Positions 20,135 to 28,607 of a DNA stretch of 64,000 nt are shown here, piece after piece. Source of the stretch: an uncultured Gemmatimonadales bacterium (lineage in GTDB: Bacteria > Gemmatimonadota > Gemmatimonadetes > Longimicrobiales > Gaopeijiaceae); NCBI GenBank assembly GCA_963823035.1, contig CAWGKG010000016.1, forward strand, positions 1-64,000, written 5' to 3'. The notes below the pieces were generated by a model. The model did no database searches. It was not told the DNA's origin and saw only the letters and a list, made by a program, of their open reading frames with translations. The position numbers and the translations under genes were made by a program. Each line of letters starts with the position of its first letter. Positions within the stretch are counted from its first letter, which is position 1.

Positions 20135-20212
20135 GCTTTCCCATCCAGGGGGCGGCATGAGGATCTACCTCGTCATCACCGGCTTCGTCTCGACGCTCGG
20201 AGTGGGGTCGCC

Positions 20213-20971
20213 ATGACGCCGTCGCGAGACCGGAAGGGACGCCGGAAGGGGCACAAGGAGCGTTCGTCCGCGCGCGAGTGGCTCAAGTCGATCGTGGTGG
20301 CCCTCGTGCTGTTCGTCGTCATCCGCACGTTCATCCTCCAGACCTTCGTCATCGTCTCCGGCTCGATGGAGGACACCCTCCTCGTCGGCGACATGCTCGT
20401 GGCGAACCGCCTCTCGATCGGCGCCCGCATCCCCGGCACGCACGTGCACCTGCCTGGGTGGTCGGAGCCGCGCCGCGGCGACGTCATCGTCTTCGACCCG
20501 CACCACGTCGAGGGGATGCGCCTGGTGAAGCGCGTGATCGGCCTCCCGGGCGACACGGTCGAGATGCGCGACGGGAGGATGTGGGTGAACGGACGCCAGC
20601 TGGACGAGCCGTACGTGAAGGACGACGGAGAGCCCGATCGGGCGTCGCCCGAGTTCGACTGGCAACGGGACTTCCTCACCGCCGCCACGGATCCCGCGAC
20701 GTACCGGCCGACGCTCCACAACTGGGGTCCGCTCGTGGTGCCCGCGGAGCACTACTTCATGATGGGCGACCATCGGGACTCGAGCCTCGACTCCCGTTTC
20801 TGGGGCTTCCTCGAGGGGTGGCGACTGGAGGCCCGGGTGTCCGTGATCTACTTCTCATACAACCGCGGCTCCTACAAGCCCTTCCCCGCGCTGCGCGAGA
20901 TCCGCTGGGGACGCCTGGGTTTGACGATCGGCGCCGCCACGCGGGCGGCGGCCGGAGAGACGGCGCCCTGA
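20213..20971 (+). CDS. lepB: signal peptidase I
   Basis: SGSMEDTLLVGD catalytic Ser box, VKRVIGLPGD Lys box, MGDHRDSSLDSRFWG. Confidence 0.93.
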   Translation: MTPSRDRKGRRKGHKERSSAREWLKSIVVALVLFVVIRTFILQTFVIVSGSMEDTLLVGDMLVANRLSIGARIPGTHVHLPGWSEPRRGDVIVFDPHHVEGMRLVKRVIGLPGDTVEMRDGRMWVNGRQLDEPYVKDDGEPDRASPEFDWQRDFLTAATDPATYRPTLHNWGPLVVPAEHYFMMGDHRDSSLDSRFWGFLEGWRLEARVSVIYFSYNRGSYKPFPALREIRWGRLGLTIGAATRAAAGETAP

Positions 20972-21035
20972 ACGGCTCTCGGGCAACGCAGCTCGACGGC
21001 CTTCTTCATCACCACCCCGCGGCACCCGCGCCCTG

Positions 21036-22358
21036 ATGGCGCGCGGAGAGGAGCGCCCCATGCAGATCGATGCCACGACGCTCTCGGACCTCGAGGTCTT
21101 CCGATCCCCCGACGGGAGCGAGGGCGTGCTCCAGTTGATCGACCGGACGCAGACCGCCGCAGGCCGACTGCGACTGAGGCGCCGCCTCGAGCACCCCCTC
21201 TCGGACGCGCGGGAGATCCGACGCACCCAGGACGCCGTGCGCTTCCTGATGCGACATCCCGGGCTGGTGCGCTTCGATCGGCGTGCTCTCGTAGCGGTGG
21301 AGCGCTACCTCCGCTCCAACATCGAGCTCAGCTCGGGCTCCGCGCTCGGGGAGAGCGTCGAGGTGGTTTGGGTGGCGCTGCGCTATCGCGACATCCTCAA
21401 GGAGCTGAAGGAAGGGGTGCGCGACACCGTGCGCCTCTTCGGCCACCTGGCCACGCTCGCTCGCGAGGTGGAGGGGAGCGATCCGCCCGAGGCGGTCGGC
21501 GCGCTTGCCGCGCGCCTGCGGAGCACCGCGCACGCCCTGCTCGACGCGCACGACGCGGCCTCGAACGTGCTGAGAGCGGACCGGGTCTTCCGCGGTCGGA
21601 TGCGCACGGAGATCGAGGAGGCGCTCGGCGCCGCCGCGGAGCTCGACGCCCTGAGCGCGATGGCGATCTCGACGATCGAGCTGGGATGGACGCTCCCCGA
21701 CATCGTGCAGGCCGACTCCTTCGTCCTCGATGCGACGGGTGTCTACCATCCGTTCGTGGAGCAGCCGGTTCCCAACCCCGCGTACCTCTCGGGTGGGGAG
21801 CCCATGGTCTTCCTCACCGGGCCGAACATGGCCGGCAAGACCACCTATCTGCGCAGCGTCGCGCTGGTGGTGTTCCTGGCGCAGGTGGGGATGGGCGTCC
21901 CGGCCGAGCGCGCGCGGCTGACGCCCGTGGAGGCGCTCTTCACCAGCCTGAACCCCGCCGACAACCTCAAGGAGGGGCTCAGCTACTTCCTGGCCGAGGT
22001 GCTGCGCGTGAAGGCCGCGGCCACGCTCCTCGCCGAGGGGCGTCGTGCGCTCGTCCTCTTCGACGAGGTGTTCAAGGGCACGAATGTGAAGGACGCGCTC
22101 GAGGCGTCCGCCGAGGTGATCCTCGGATTCGCGCGCGCCCGGCGGAGCGGCTTCGTATTCTCCTCGCACCTCGCGGAGCTCGTCGAGGCGCTCCAGGCGA
22201 ACCCCGCGATCCGCTTCCGCTACTTCGACGGCCAGATCGTGCGCGGCGCCCCACGCTACAGCTACCGGCTGAAGGAGGGCGTCTCCGATCAGCGCTTCGG
22301 TCTGCTCCTCCTCCGCCAGGCGCGCGTCCCCGAGCTGATCGCGCGCATCAGCGCCTGA
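21036..22358 (+). CDS. MutS domain V ATPase (stand-alone MutS-related protein)
   Basis: LTGPNMAGKTTYLRSV, SYFLAEV, DEVFKGTN, SSH; lacks the mismatch-binding domains of MutS1. Confidence 0.88.
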   Translation: MARGEERPMQIDATTLSDLEVFRSPDGSEGVLQLIDRTQTAAGRLRLRRRLEHPLSDAREIRRTQDAVRFLMRHPGLVRFDRRALVAVERYLRSNIELSSGSALGESVEVVWVALRYRDILKELKEGVRDTVRLFGHLATLAREVEGSDPPEAVGALAARLRSTAHALLDAHDAASNVLRADRVFRGRMRTEIEEALGAAAELDALSAMAISTIELGWTLPDIVQADSFVLDATGVYHPFVEQPVPNPAYLSGGEPMVFLTGPNMAGKTTYLRSVALVVFLAQVGMGVPAERARLTPVEALFTSLNPADNLKEGLSYFLAEVLRVKAAATLLAEGRRALVLFDEVFKGTNVKDALEASAEVILGFARARRSGFVFSSHLAELVEALQANPAIRFRYFDGQIVRGAPRYSYRLKEGVSDQRFGLLLLRQARVPELIARISA

Positions 22359-22377
22359 CGCCCGAGGTGCCCGCCGA

Positions 22378-23022
22378 TCAGGGCCGCAGGACCTTGAGGG
22401 CGTGCACCCAGTCGTTGCGCAGGAAGCCTGGGATGCACCAGAGGATCGCCAGCGGCTCGATGGCCCGCGCCGCGACCGCCGCGCCGAGGTCCTCCGCGTC
22501 CCATCCGAAGTCGTCGAGGATCTCCACGACGAGGGCCTTCGCACCCGCGTCGTCTCCGCAGATGAACATGGTGGGCCTGCCGCCGGGCAGCTCGGGATCC
22601 ACCATGAGGGCCGCGCCGACCGACGAGAAGCACTTCACGAAGCAGGCCTCCGGGGCGAGGCGCTGGAGCCGTTCCATGAGCGAGGCGTCCAGCCCCGTGA
22701 AGTAGCGGAGCACGCCGTGGTCGGGCGGGCCCTCTGCGATCGGGTTCGTGGTGTCGATCACGGTCTTCCCGGCCAGCGCGTCGAGCCCGCACAGGCGCAC
22801 GGCCTCCTCGGCCCCGCTGCCCTTCACGGCCAGCACCATCGTCTCGGCCCACTCCGCGGTGGCGGCGGGCGAGCCGACGGAAGCGTTCCCGCCGGCCGAG
22901 CGGCGCCACCCCTCGAGCTTGGAGGGATCGCGGGACGCGCGCATCACCGAGTGGCCGTGCGCGATGAACCCGTTGGCCAGCACCTCGCCCACCTGGCCCG
23001 ACCCGATGACGCCGACTTTCAT
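22378..23022 (-). CDS. NADPH-dependent F420 reductase-like oxidoreductase
   Basis: MKVGVIGSGQVG, VIDTTNPI, VKCFSSVG, MFICGDD. Confidence 0.88.
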   Translation of the reverse strand: MKVGVIGSGQVGEVLANGFIAHGHSVMRASRDPSKLEGWRRSAGGNASVGSPAATAEWAETMVLAVKGSGAEEAVRLCGLDALAGKTVIDTTNPIAEGPPDHGVLRYFTGLDASLMERLQRLAPEACFVKCFSSVGAALMVDPELPGGRPTMFICGDDAGAKALVVEILDDFGWDAEDLGAAVAARAIEPLAILWCIPGFLRNDWVHALKVLRP

Positions 23023-23186
23023 CTTCCGTTTCCTTGCACGAGAGGGTCCGAAACGATCGATCCGTCGAAAGTCTAGCGAAGGCCGCAACCCCCGTTCCGA
23101 GCCGGAAGCGCGCGCCTTGCGTAGAATGGGTCGTGCGCGCCGGGCGGACGGAGCCGCCCGGCCGATCGGGATCGATGGGGGAGCGG

Positions 23187-23864
23187 ATGCACGTCGTCGT
23201 GTTCGGAGCGACCGGGATGGTGGGAGCCGGCGTCTTGACCGAGTGCCTGGAGGACGGGCGGGTGACGTCCGTCCTGGTGGTGGGGCGGCGGCCGAGCGGC
23301 GTCCACAGCGAGAAGGTACGCGAGCTCGTGCGGGACGACTTCTTCGACTGGAGTGACGCCGCAGGCGAACTCGAGGGTCGCGACGCGTGCTTCTTCTGCC
23401 TGGGCGTCTCGGCTGCGGGCATGAGCGAGGACGCCTACGGCCGCATCACCTACGACCTGACGCTGGCGGTGGCCGAAGCGCTCTTGGCCCGAAGTCCCGG
23501 CGTGACGTTCTGCTACGTATCCGGGCAGGGGACCGACACCACGGAGAAGGGCCGGTTCATGTGGGCCAGGGTGAAGGGCCGCACGGAGAACCGCCTCCTC
23601 GAGACGATCCCCGACGCGTACATGTTCCGTCCGGGCTTCATCCAGCCGCTCAAGGGCGTACGCTCGAAGACCAGGCTCTATCAGGCCTTCTACAACGTGG
23701 TGGGCCCGGCCTATCCCCTGCTGAAGCGCATGGCGCCACGGTACGTCACGACCACGGTGAACGTCGGCCGCGCGATGATCGGCGTCGCCCACGAGGGTTA
23801 CGCGAAGCGCATCCTGGAGAACCCCGACATCAACGCGCTGGCCGAGGGCGCCCCGCATGGATGA
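23187..23864 (+). CDS. NAD-dependent epimerase/dehydratase family protein
   Basis: VVFGATGMVG, DACFFCLGVS, MWARVKGRTEN, FRPGFIQP. Confidence 0.88.
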   Translation: MHVVVFGATGMVGAGVLTECLEDGRVTSVLVVGRRPSGVHSEKVRELVRDDFFDWSDAAGELEGRDACFFCLGVSAAGMSEDAYGRITYDLTLAVAEALLARSPGVTFCYVSGQGTDTTEKGRFMWARVKGRTENRLLETIPDAYMFRPGFIQPLKGVRSKTRLYQAFYNVVGPAYPLLKRMAPRYVTTTVNVGRAMIGVAHEGYAKRILENPDINALAEGAPHG

Positions 23865-24561
23865 GCGCGCAGCGGCGCGGCGTGACGGATCCGGGGGCGC
23901 GGGCGCCGTGGAGATCCGCCGCATCCTCCCCGCCGAGGTGATGTCCGTGCGGGACGTGATGTGCGATGCTTTCGCGGACTACCCGGTCATGCTCTTCGTC
24001 CTCGGCGGGAGGTCGGGCGACTACGAGCGCCGCCTGCGGCGGCTGATCGAGCTGTTCGTGATGGCGCGCGCGCTGCGCGGCGAGCCGATGATCGGCGCGA
24101 CGCGCCCGGAGGAGGTGCAGGGTGCCGTGACGGTTTCCTTTCCCGGCGTGGGCGAGAGCCCTCCGGCGTTCGGCGTCCTGCGCGAGGACGTGTGGGCAGA
24201 CCTGGGTGCGGACGCAAGGGCGCGTTACGATGCCTGCGGCGCCGCGTGGGGACCGCTGGACGTCGACGTTCCCCACATCCACGTGAACATGCTCGGCGTA
24301 CGACGCGCACATCGGGGGAAGGGGCTGGCCAGGCGGCTGCTCGACGCGGCGCAGGAGCTGTCGCGCGCGATGCCCGGAATGGAGGGCGTGACGCTCACGA
24401 CCGAGGACGCCGGCAACCTCCCCTTCTATCGGCACGTAGGCTACGAGGTGGTCGGGCACGCACGCATCTCGAGCGAGCTCGAGAGCTGGGGCCTCTTTCG
24501 ACGGAACGAACAAGAAGCCGCGCACGCGAAGTCGCGCACGCGCGGCGCCGAACCACGGTGA
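23857..24561 (+). CDS. GNAT N-acetyltransferase
   Basis: MLGVRRAHRGKGLARRLL, NLPFYRHVGYEV. Confidence 0.85.
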   Translation: MDERAAARRDGSGGAGAVEIRRILPAEVMSVRDVMCDAFADYPVMLFVLGGRSGDYERRLRRLIELFVMARALRGEPMIGATRPEEVQGAVTVSFPGVGESPPAFGVLREDVWADLGADARARYDACGAAWGPLDVDVPHIHVNMLGVRRAHRGKGLARRLLDAAQELSRAMPGMEGVTLTTEDAGNLPFYRHVGYEVVGHARISSELESWGLFRRNEQEAAHAKSRTRGAEPR

Positions 24562-24564
24562 GCC

Positions 24565-25161
24565 ATGAACGAGACTCCTCTCTTCTCCAGGTTGGACGCG
24601 GACCGGATCCTCAGGCGGGCCGCCGAGATCGACGGCGCGGACGACGGACGCCATCTCACGGTCACGGAGCTGCGGCTCATCGCGGAGGAGGCCGGATTCG
24701 GCGCGGACGCGGTGCAGCGCGCGATCGCCGAGGCCCGTGACGCAACATCCGCCGTCCATCGGCCCCCGGTGCAGCGGTGGGGGTGGGTGGTCACGCACCT
24801 TTCGGCCATCCGGGAGATCCCCGTGGAGGTGAGCTCCGAACAGCTCATGCGGGCCGTGCGCCTCTTTCAGCCGTACCGCGAGGGTGCGCCGCAGGTGAAG
24901 CTCGAAGAGCACGAGGTGGCGTGGCGGGACCGCAAGGGTCTCCGGTTCGCGGTGACGTCGGCCGGCGGCGTCACCGAGATCCGCGTGTACGTCTCGCGGG
25001 TCCTGCTCCGGAAGGGTCGGTGGACGGGGTGGGTGAAGGCCGCCGCCGACCGCCTCGAGACGCTCGTGCTGATGGTCGCGGCTCGCGGCGAGCGCGCTCC
25101 GGTGGAGGATCCGGGCGCACGCCTTCCGAACCCCCGGACCTCGGGTGCCCCTGGGCGCTGA
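24565..25161 (+). CDS. hypothetical protein
   Basis: Operon-like spacing; N-terminal ILRRAAEID...ELRLIAEEAG helical motif. Confidence 0.65.
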   Translation: MNETPLFSRLDADRILRRAAEIDGADDGRHLTVTELRLIAEEAGFGADAVQRAIAEARDATSAVHRPPVQRWGWVVTHLSAIREIPVEVSSEQLMRAVRLFQPYREGAPQVKLEEHEVAWRDRKGLRFAVTSAGGVTEIRVYVSRVLLRKGRWTGWVKAAADRLETLVLMVAARGERAPVEDPGARLPNPRTSGAPGR

Positions 25162-25192
25162 CCGCGGGCTCCCGTCCGGGCGCGGCTCCGCG

Positions 25193-25564
25193 TCAGCGCG
25201 CGGCGCGCAGGGTGTCGAGGTCGGCCGCGCAGATCGCGCGCACATTGCGCGTGAGCTTGCCCGCGTCCCAGTCCCACCAGGCGATCTCGAGGAGGGCGTG
25301 GCGGGTCGGCTCGTCGAAGCGGTGCCGCACGAGCTGGGCCGGATTGCCTGCGGCGATCGAGCAGAAGCGGCCGATGATCAACCGGTCGCCGACGAAGTCG
25401 AAGTGGTAGAGGACGTTCTCCTCGAAGCGCTCAGGCCCGCGCGGATCGTCGTAGTAGGTGTAGTCGCCGATCTCGATGTTGGGGCGCGTGATGAAGTTCT
25501 TCAGGAAGCCGACGCGCCCCGTTCCTTCCAACGGATGGCGGCGCGAGGGGGAAGGTCCGTTCAT
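25193..25564 (-). pseudogene. Vat/CatB xenobiotic O-acetyltransferase with in-frame internal deletion
   Basis: N-term NIEIGDYTYYDD...IIGRFCSIAA joined directly to C-term GNPAQLVRHRF...IAWWDW; 123 aa, hexapeptide core missing. Confidence 0.85.
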
Positions 25565-25759
25565 GGGTGGATCGCCTGTTGCGGGTGGAGGATCGTCGCG
25601 TGACCAAGGTATCAGGGGAGCGGCGGGGCACCTCCCACGCTCGCGCCGTCCGGCCCGCGCCGAGCGCTCGGGTCGCTCTCCGTGGGGGCGTGCGGGCGAG
25701 CCCGCCAGCCGCTACCGTTTCGCGATGAAGTCGCTACGCCGCCGGCTCCCCGGAGCCCC

Positions 25760-27478
25760 ATGAACCGGGGCATGCGCCCACTGCTCCTGGCCACGTCCTG
25801 CGCGCTCGCCGCCTGTGGCACCGCGACGCGACCCGCGGTGACGGTCAGGGACAGCGCCGGCGTGCGCATCACGCTGTCCGCCGACGCGCCCCTCCGTTTC
25901 GCCGCGGTCGACGCCGATCCCGCGCTGTCCCTCGGCGGCGCCGAGGAGGCGGGCCCCACGCAGTTCTACCGGATCCAGAACGTGCTCGTGGACCGCAGCG
26001 GCCGCCTCTGGGTCGCCGACGGGGGATCCGGGGAGTTGCGCGTCTTCCTCGCGGACGGCACGCCCTGGAAGACCCGCGGTGGGCGGGGCGAAGGCCCCGG
26101 CGAGTTCACGCGCATCCGTCTCCTGGGCGCGTTCGCCGGAGACAGCGTCCTCGTCGCGGACGACGCGAACGGTCGGCTCACGGTCTTCGACCCGGTAGGG
26201 GAGATCGTGCGGACGGTGAGCGAGGCCGCAGCGGGAGGTCCCTGGCCGCGCCTGTTCGACGCCTTCGCCGACGGCACGGTCCTGGGTCAGGTTCCGAAGG
26301 TCCTCGCCTCCTCGGCCCTGACCCCGAACCAGATCCTCGCCGACTCGGTCGATCTCGTGCGGGTCGATCCGGCCACGGCGGCGCGCGCGCCCGTGGGAGC
26401 GGCCGCGGGCCCGCTCTGGATCTGGACGGGACGGGAGCAGGTTCCGGTGCCGTTCACGGCCAACGCGCGCTTCGACGTGGTGGGCGAGCGCGTGCACCTG
26501 GTCGCCGGACCGGCGTTCCGGGTTCGCGTCCTCGAGGGTGGACGGCTCGTCGCCGCGTACGGCGTGGACCGGCCTGCCCGCGACGTCGGCGAGGCCGACC
26601 TGGCGGCCTATCGGAGCTTCACGGAGGAGGTCGTTCCGGAGTCGTCGCGCGCGGCGTACCTGGCGGCCCTCCGAAGCGAGGCGCGCCCGTCGCGGCTCCC
26701 GGCCTACCGGAGCGTGACGGCCGCGACGGACGGACACGTGTGGGCGGAGGTCTACGAGGTCGATCCGTCGGCCGCCCCGGCCTGGGACGTCTACGATGCG
26801 GCCGGCCGCTTCGCCGGACGCGTGGACGGCCCGCCCGGGTTCGCGGTGGACGCGATCACCGCCGACGCGCTCGTCGGTGTGTGGCGCGACGACGTGGGCG
26901 TGGAGCGCGTGCGCAGTTATCGCTACACGACGCTCGGGGCGGCGGCGTCCGACCAGCCCGGCGCGTCGGGATTGCAGAGCTGGCTCGTGGGCACGACCGC
27001 ACTCACGGTGCTCCTCCTGGTCGCCGCCGTCCTCACCGCGCTCCGCCCGTTGCCCCCGCCGTCCGCCGGAGTCCGGCGCCGGCTGGTCGTCCTCGGCGTG
27101 GTGGCCGTCGGCCTCCAGGGCGCGCACGCAGTCGAGGAATACCTCACGGGCTTCTACCACGCCTTCCCTCGGATGCTCGGCCTGCCCCCCTGGGGAGCCG
27201 GCGCCTTCCTCGCCTTCAACGTCGCGTGGCTGCTGGTCTGGGTGGTCTCGCTGGTGGGGGTGGGCCGTGGCTGGCGCATCGCCGAATGGCCCATCTGGTT
27301 CCTCGCCTTCGCGGAGGTCGCCAACGGTGTGGCCCACCCTCTGCTGTCGCTCGCGCGGGGAGCCTACTTCCCAGGCCTCGGAACCGCTCCGGTGGCGGGC
27401 ATCGCCGGCCTCTTTCTGCTGCGCGAGATGCTTCTCGCCAGCGCGCACGCTCCTCCGCCCGTGGCCGGGGCCCGGTGA
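25760..27478 (+). CDS. 6-bladed beta-propeller lipoprotein fused to HXXEE-domain membrane module
   Basis: LAAC lipobox, VRDSAGVRI, GRGEGPGEF, DDVGVERV; then TM helices with HAVEE and HPLLSL...YFPGL. Confidence 0.75.
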   Translation: MNRGMRPLLLATSCALAACGTATRPAVTVRDSAGVRITLSADAPLRFAAVDADPALSLGGAEEAGPTQFYRIQNVLVDRSGRLWVADGGSGELRVFLADGTPWKTRGGRGEGPGEFTRIRLLGAFAGDSVLVADDANGRLTVFDPVGEIVRTVSEAAAGGPWPRLFDAFADGTVLGQVPKVLASSALTPNQILADSVDLVRVDPATAARAPVGAAAGPLWIWTGREQVPVPFTANARFDVVGERVHLVAGPAFRVRVLEGGRLVAAYGVDRPARDVGEADLAAYRSFTEEVVPESSRAAYLAALRSEARPSRLPAYRSVTAATDGHVWAEVYEVDPSAAPAWDVYDAAGRFAGRVDGPPGFAVDAITADALVGVWRDDVGVERVRSYRYTTLGAAASDQPGASGLQSWLVGTTALTVLLLVAAVLTALRPLPPPSAGVRRRLVVLGVVAVGLQGAHAVEEYLTGFYHAFPRMLGLPPWGAGAFLAFNVAWLLVWVVSLVGVGRGWRIAEWPIWFLAFAEVANGVAHPLLSLARGAYFPGLGTAPVAGIAGLFLLREMLLASAHAPPPVAGAR

Positions 27479-27792
27479 GGCTGCCCCGACCCGTCGCCAC
27501 GCGCCTGGTGCGATCGGCGTTCCTCCTCTGGGGGGCGGTCCATCTCGTCGTGCTCCTGCTGGGCGCGCGTCGGCTCACCCTGGCGACGCATGTCGCCGTC
27601 GTCGGGTTGGTGCTCATCCTCGCCTTCGTGGACCTGCGCGTGACGAGGGAGCACGTCCTCTACGCGGACCTGGCGATCGGACCGCGCACCGTGTTCGTCG
27701 TCGTCCTCGCGGTCGCCGGAGCCCTCGAGCTTGTGGCTACCCTCGCGGTGGGTGCGCTGATCGGGGTGTCGCCCATGGAGCCACTCTTCTGA
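27475..27792 (+). CDS. small membrane protein (about 3 TM), probable ABC partner
   Basis: GTGA overlap with upstream stop; hydrophobic, with a REHVLYADL loop. Confidence 0.6.
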   Translation: MRLPRPVATRLVRSAFLLWGAVHLVVLLLGARRLTLATHVAVVGLVLILAFVDLRVTREHVLYADLAIGPRTVFVVVLAVAGALELVATLAVGALIGVSPMEPLF

Positions 27793-28493
27793 ACGCGCTC
27801 TTCGTCGCGGACTCGTTCGTCCGGTCCTTCGGGCGCAAGGAGGTGCTGAAGGCGGCTTCCGCGTGGGCGTCGCCGGGGCGCGTCACCGTCGTGCTCGGGC
27901 GGAACGGCTCGGGAAAGTCCACGCTGCTGCGCTGCGCCGTCGGCCTGGACCGCCCGGCCGAGGGCGTGGTGCGCTACGCGGATGAGCTCCACGTCCGCCC
28001 CCGCCTGTCGCGCCTGGCCGCTCGGGGGCTCTTCTACCTCCCGGACCAGGGACTCCTCTCCCGTCGGATGACCTTCGGGGAGCACCTGGGCCTCTTCGCG
28101 AGGCGGTTCGAGATCACGGACGCGCGGGTGGTGACGGAGCGCCTGGGTGCCGCCGACCTCCTGGATTCGTATCCGGGCCAGCTTTCCGGCGGGGAGAAGC
28201 GGCGCTGCGAGTTGACCATCGCCCTGGCACGGCGCCCCCGTTGCCTGCTCGCCGACGAGCCCCTCGCCGAGGTCGAGCCCAGGGACCGCCCCATGGTGGC
28301 GGCCTCGATGCGCGACCTGGCGCGATCGGGTGCCGCGGTCCTCGTGACCGGACACGAGGTGGAGGACCTCCTGGCGATCGCGGACGAGGTGATCTGGATG
28401 ACCGCCGGCACCACGCACGGGTTGGGCTCGCCCGCCGAGGCGCGGGCCCACACGCAGTTCCGGCGTGAGTACCTCGGCTCGGCGCTCTGGTAG
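27789..28493 (+). CDS. ABC transporter ATP-binding protein (probable CTG start)
   Basis: Walker A GRNGSGKST, LSGGEKRR, LLADEP, VTGH. Confidence 0.9.
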   Translation: MNALFVADSFVRSFGRKEVLKAASAWASPGRVTVVLGRNGSGKSTLLRCAVGLDRPAEGVVRYADELHVRPRLSRLAARGLFYLPDQGLLSRRMTFGEHLGLFARRFEITDARVVTERLGAADLLDSYPGQLSGGEKRRCELTIALARRPRCLLADEPLAEVEPRDRPMVAASMRDLARSGAAVLVTGHEVEDLLAIADEVIWMTAGTTHGLGSPAEARAHTQFRREYLGSALW

Positions 28494-28607
28494 GAGACGG
28501 GGGCGAGCGTCGGGCGATCCCGTGGATCGCTTGCGGGCGCAGGGTCCGGGGGGCATGGTTCCGACGTCGACTCCGGGGAAGACCCGGGAGCCCGAAGAGG
28601 AGTGTGC

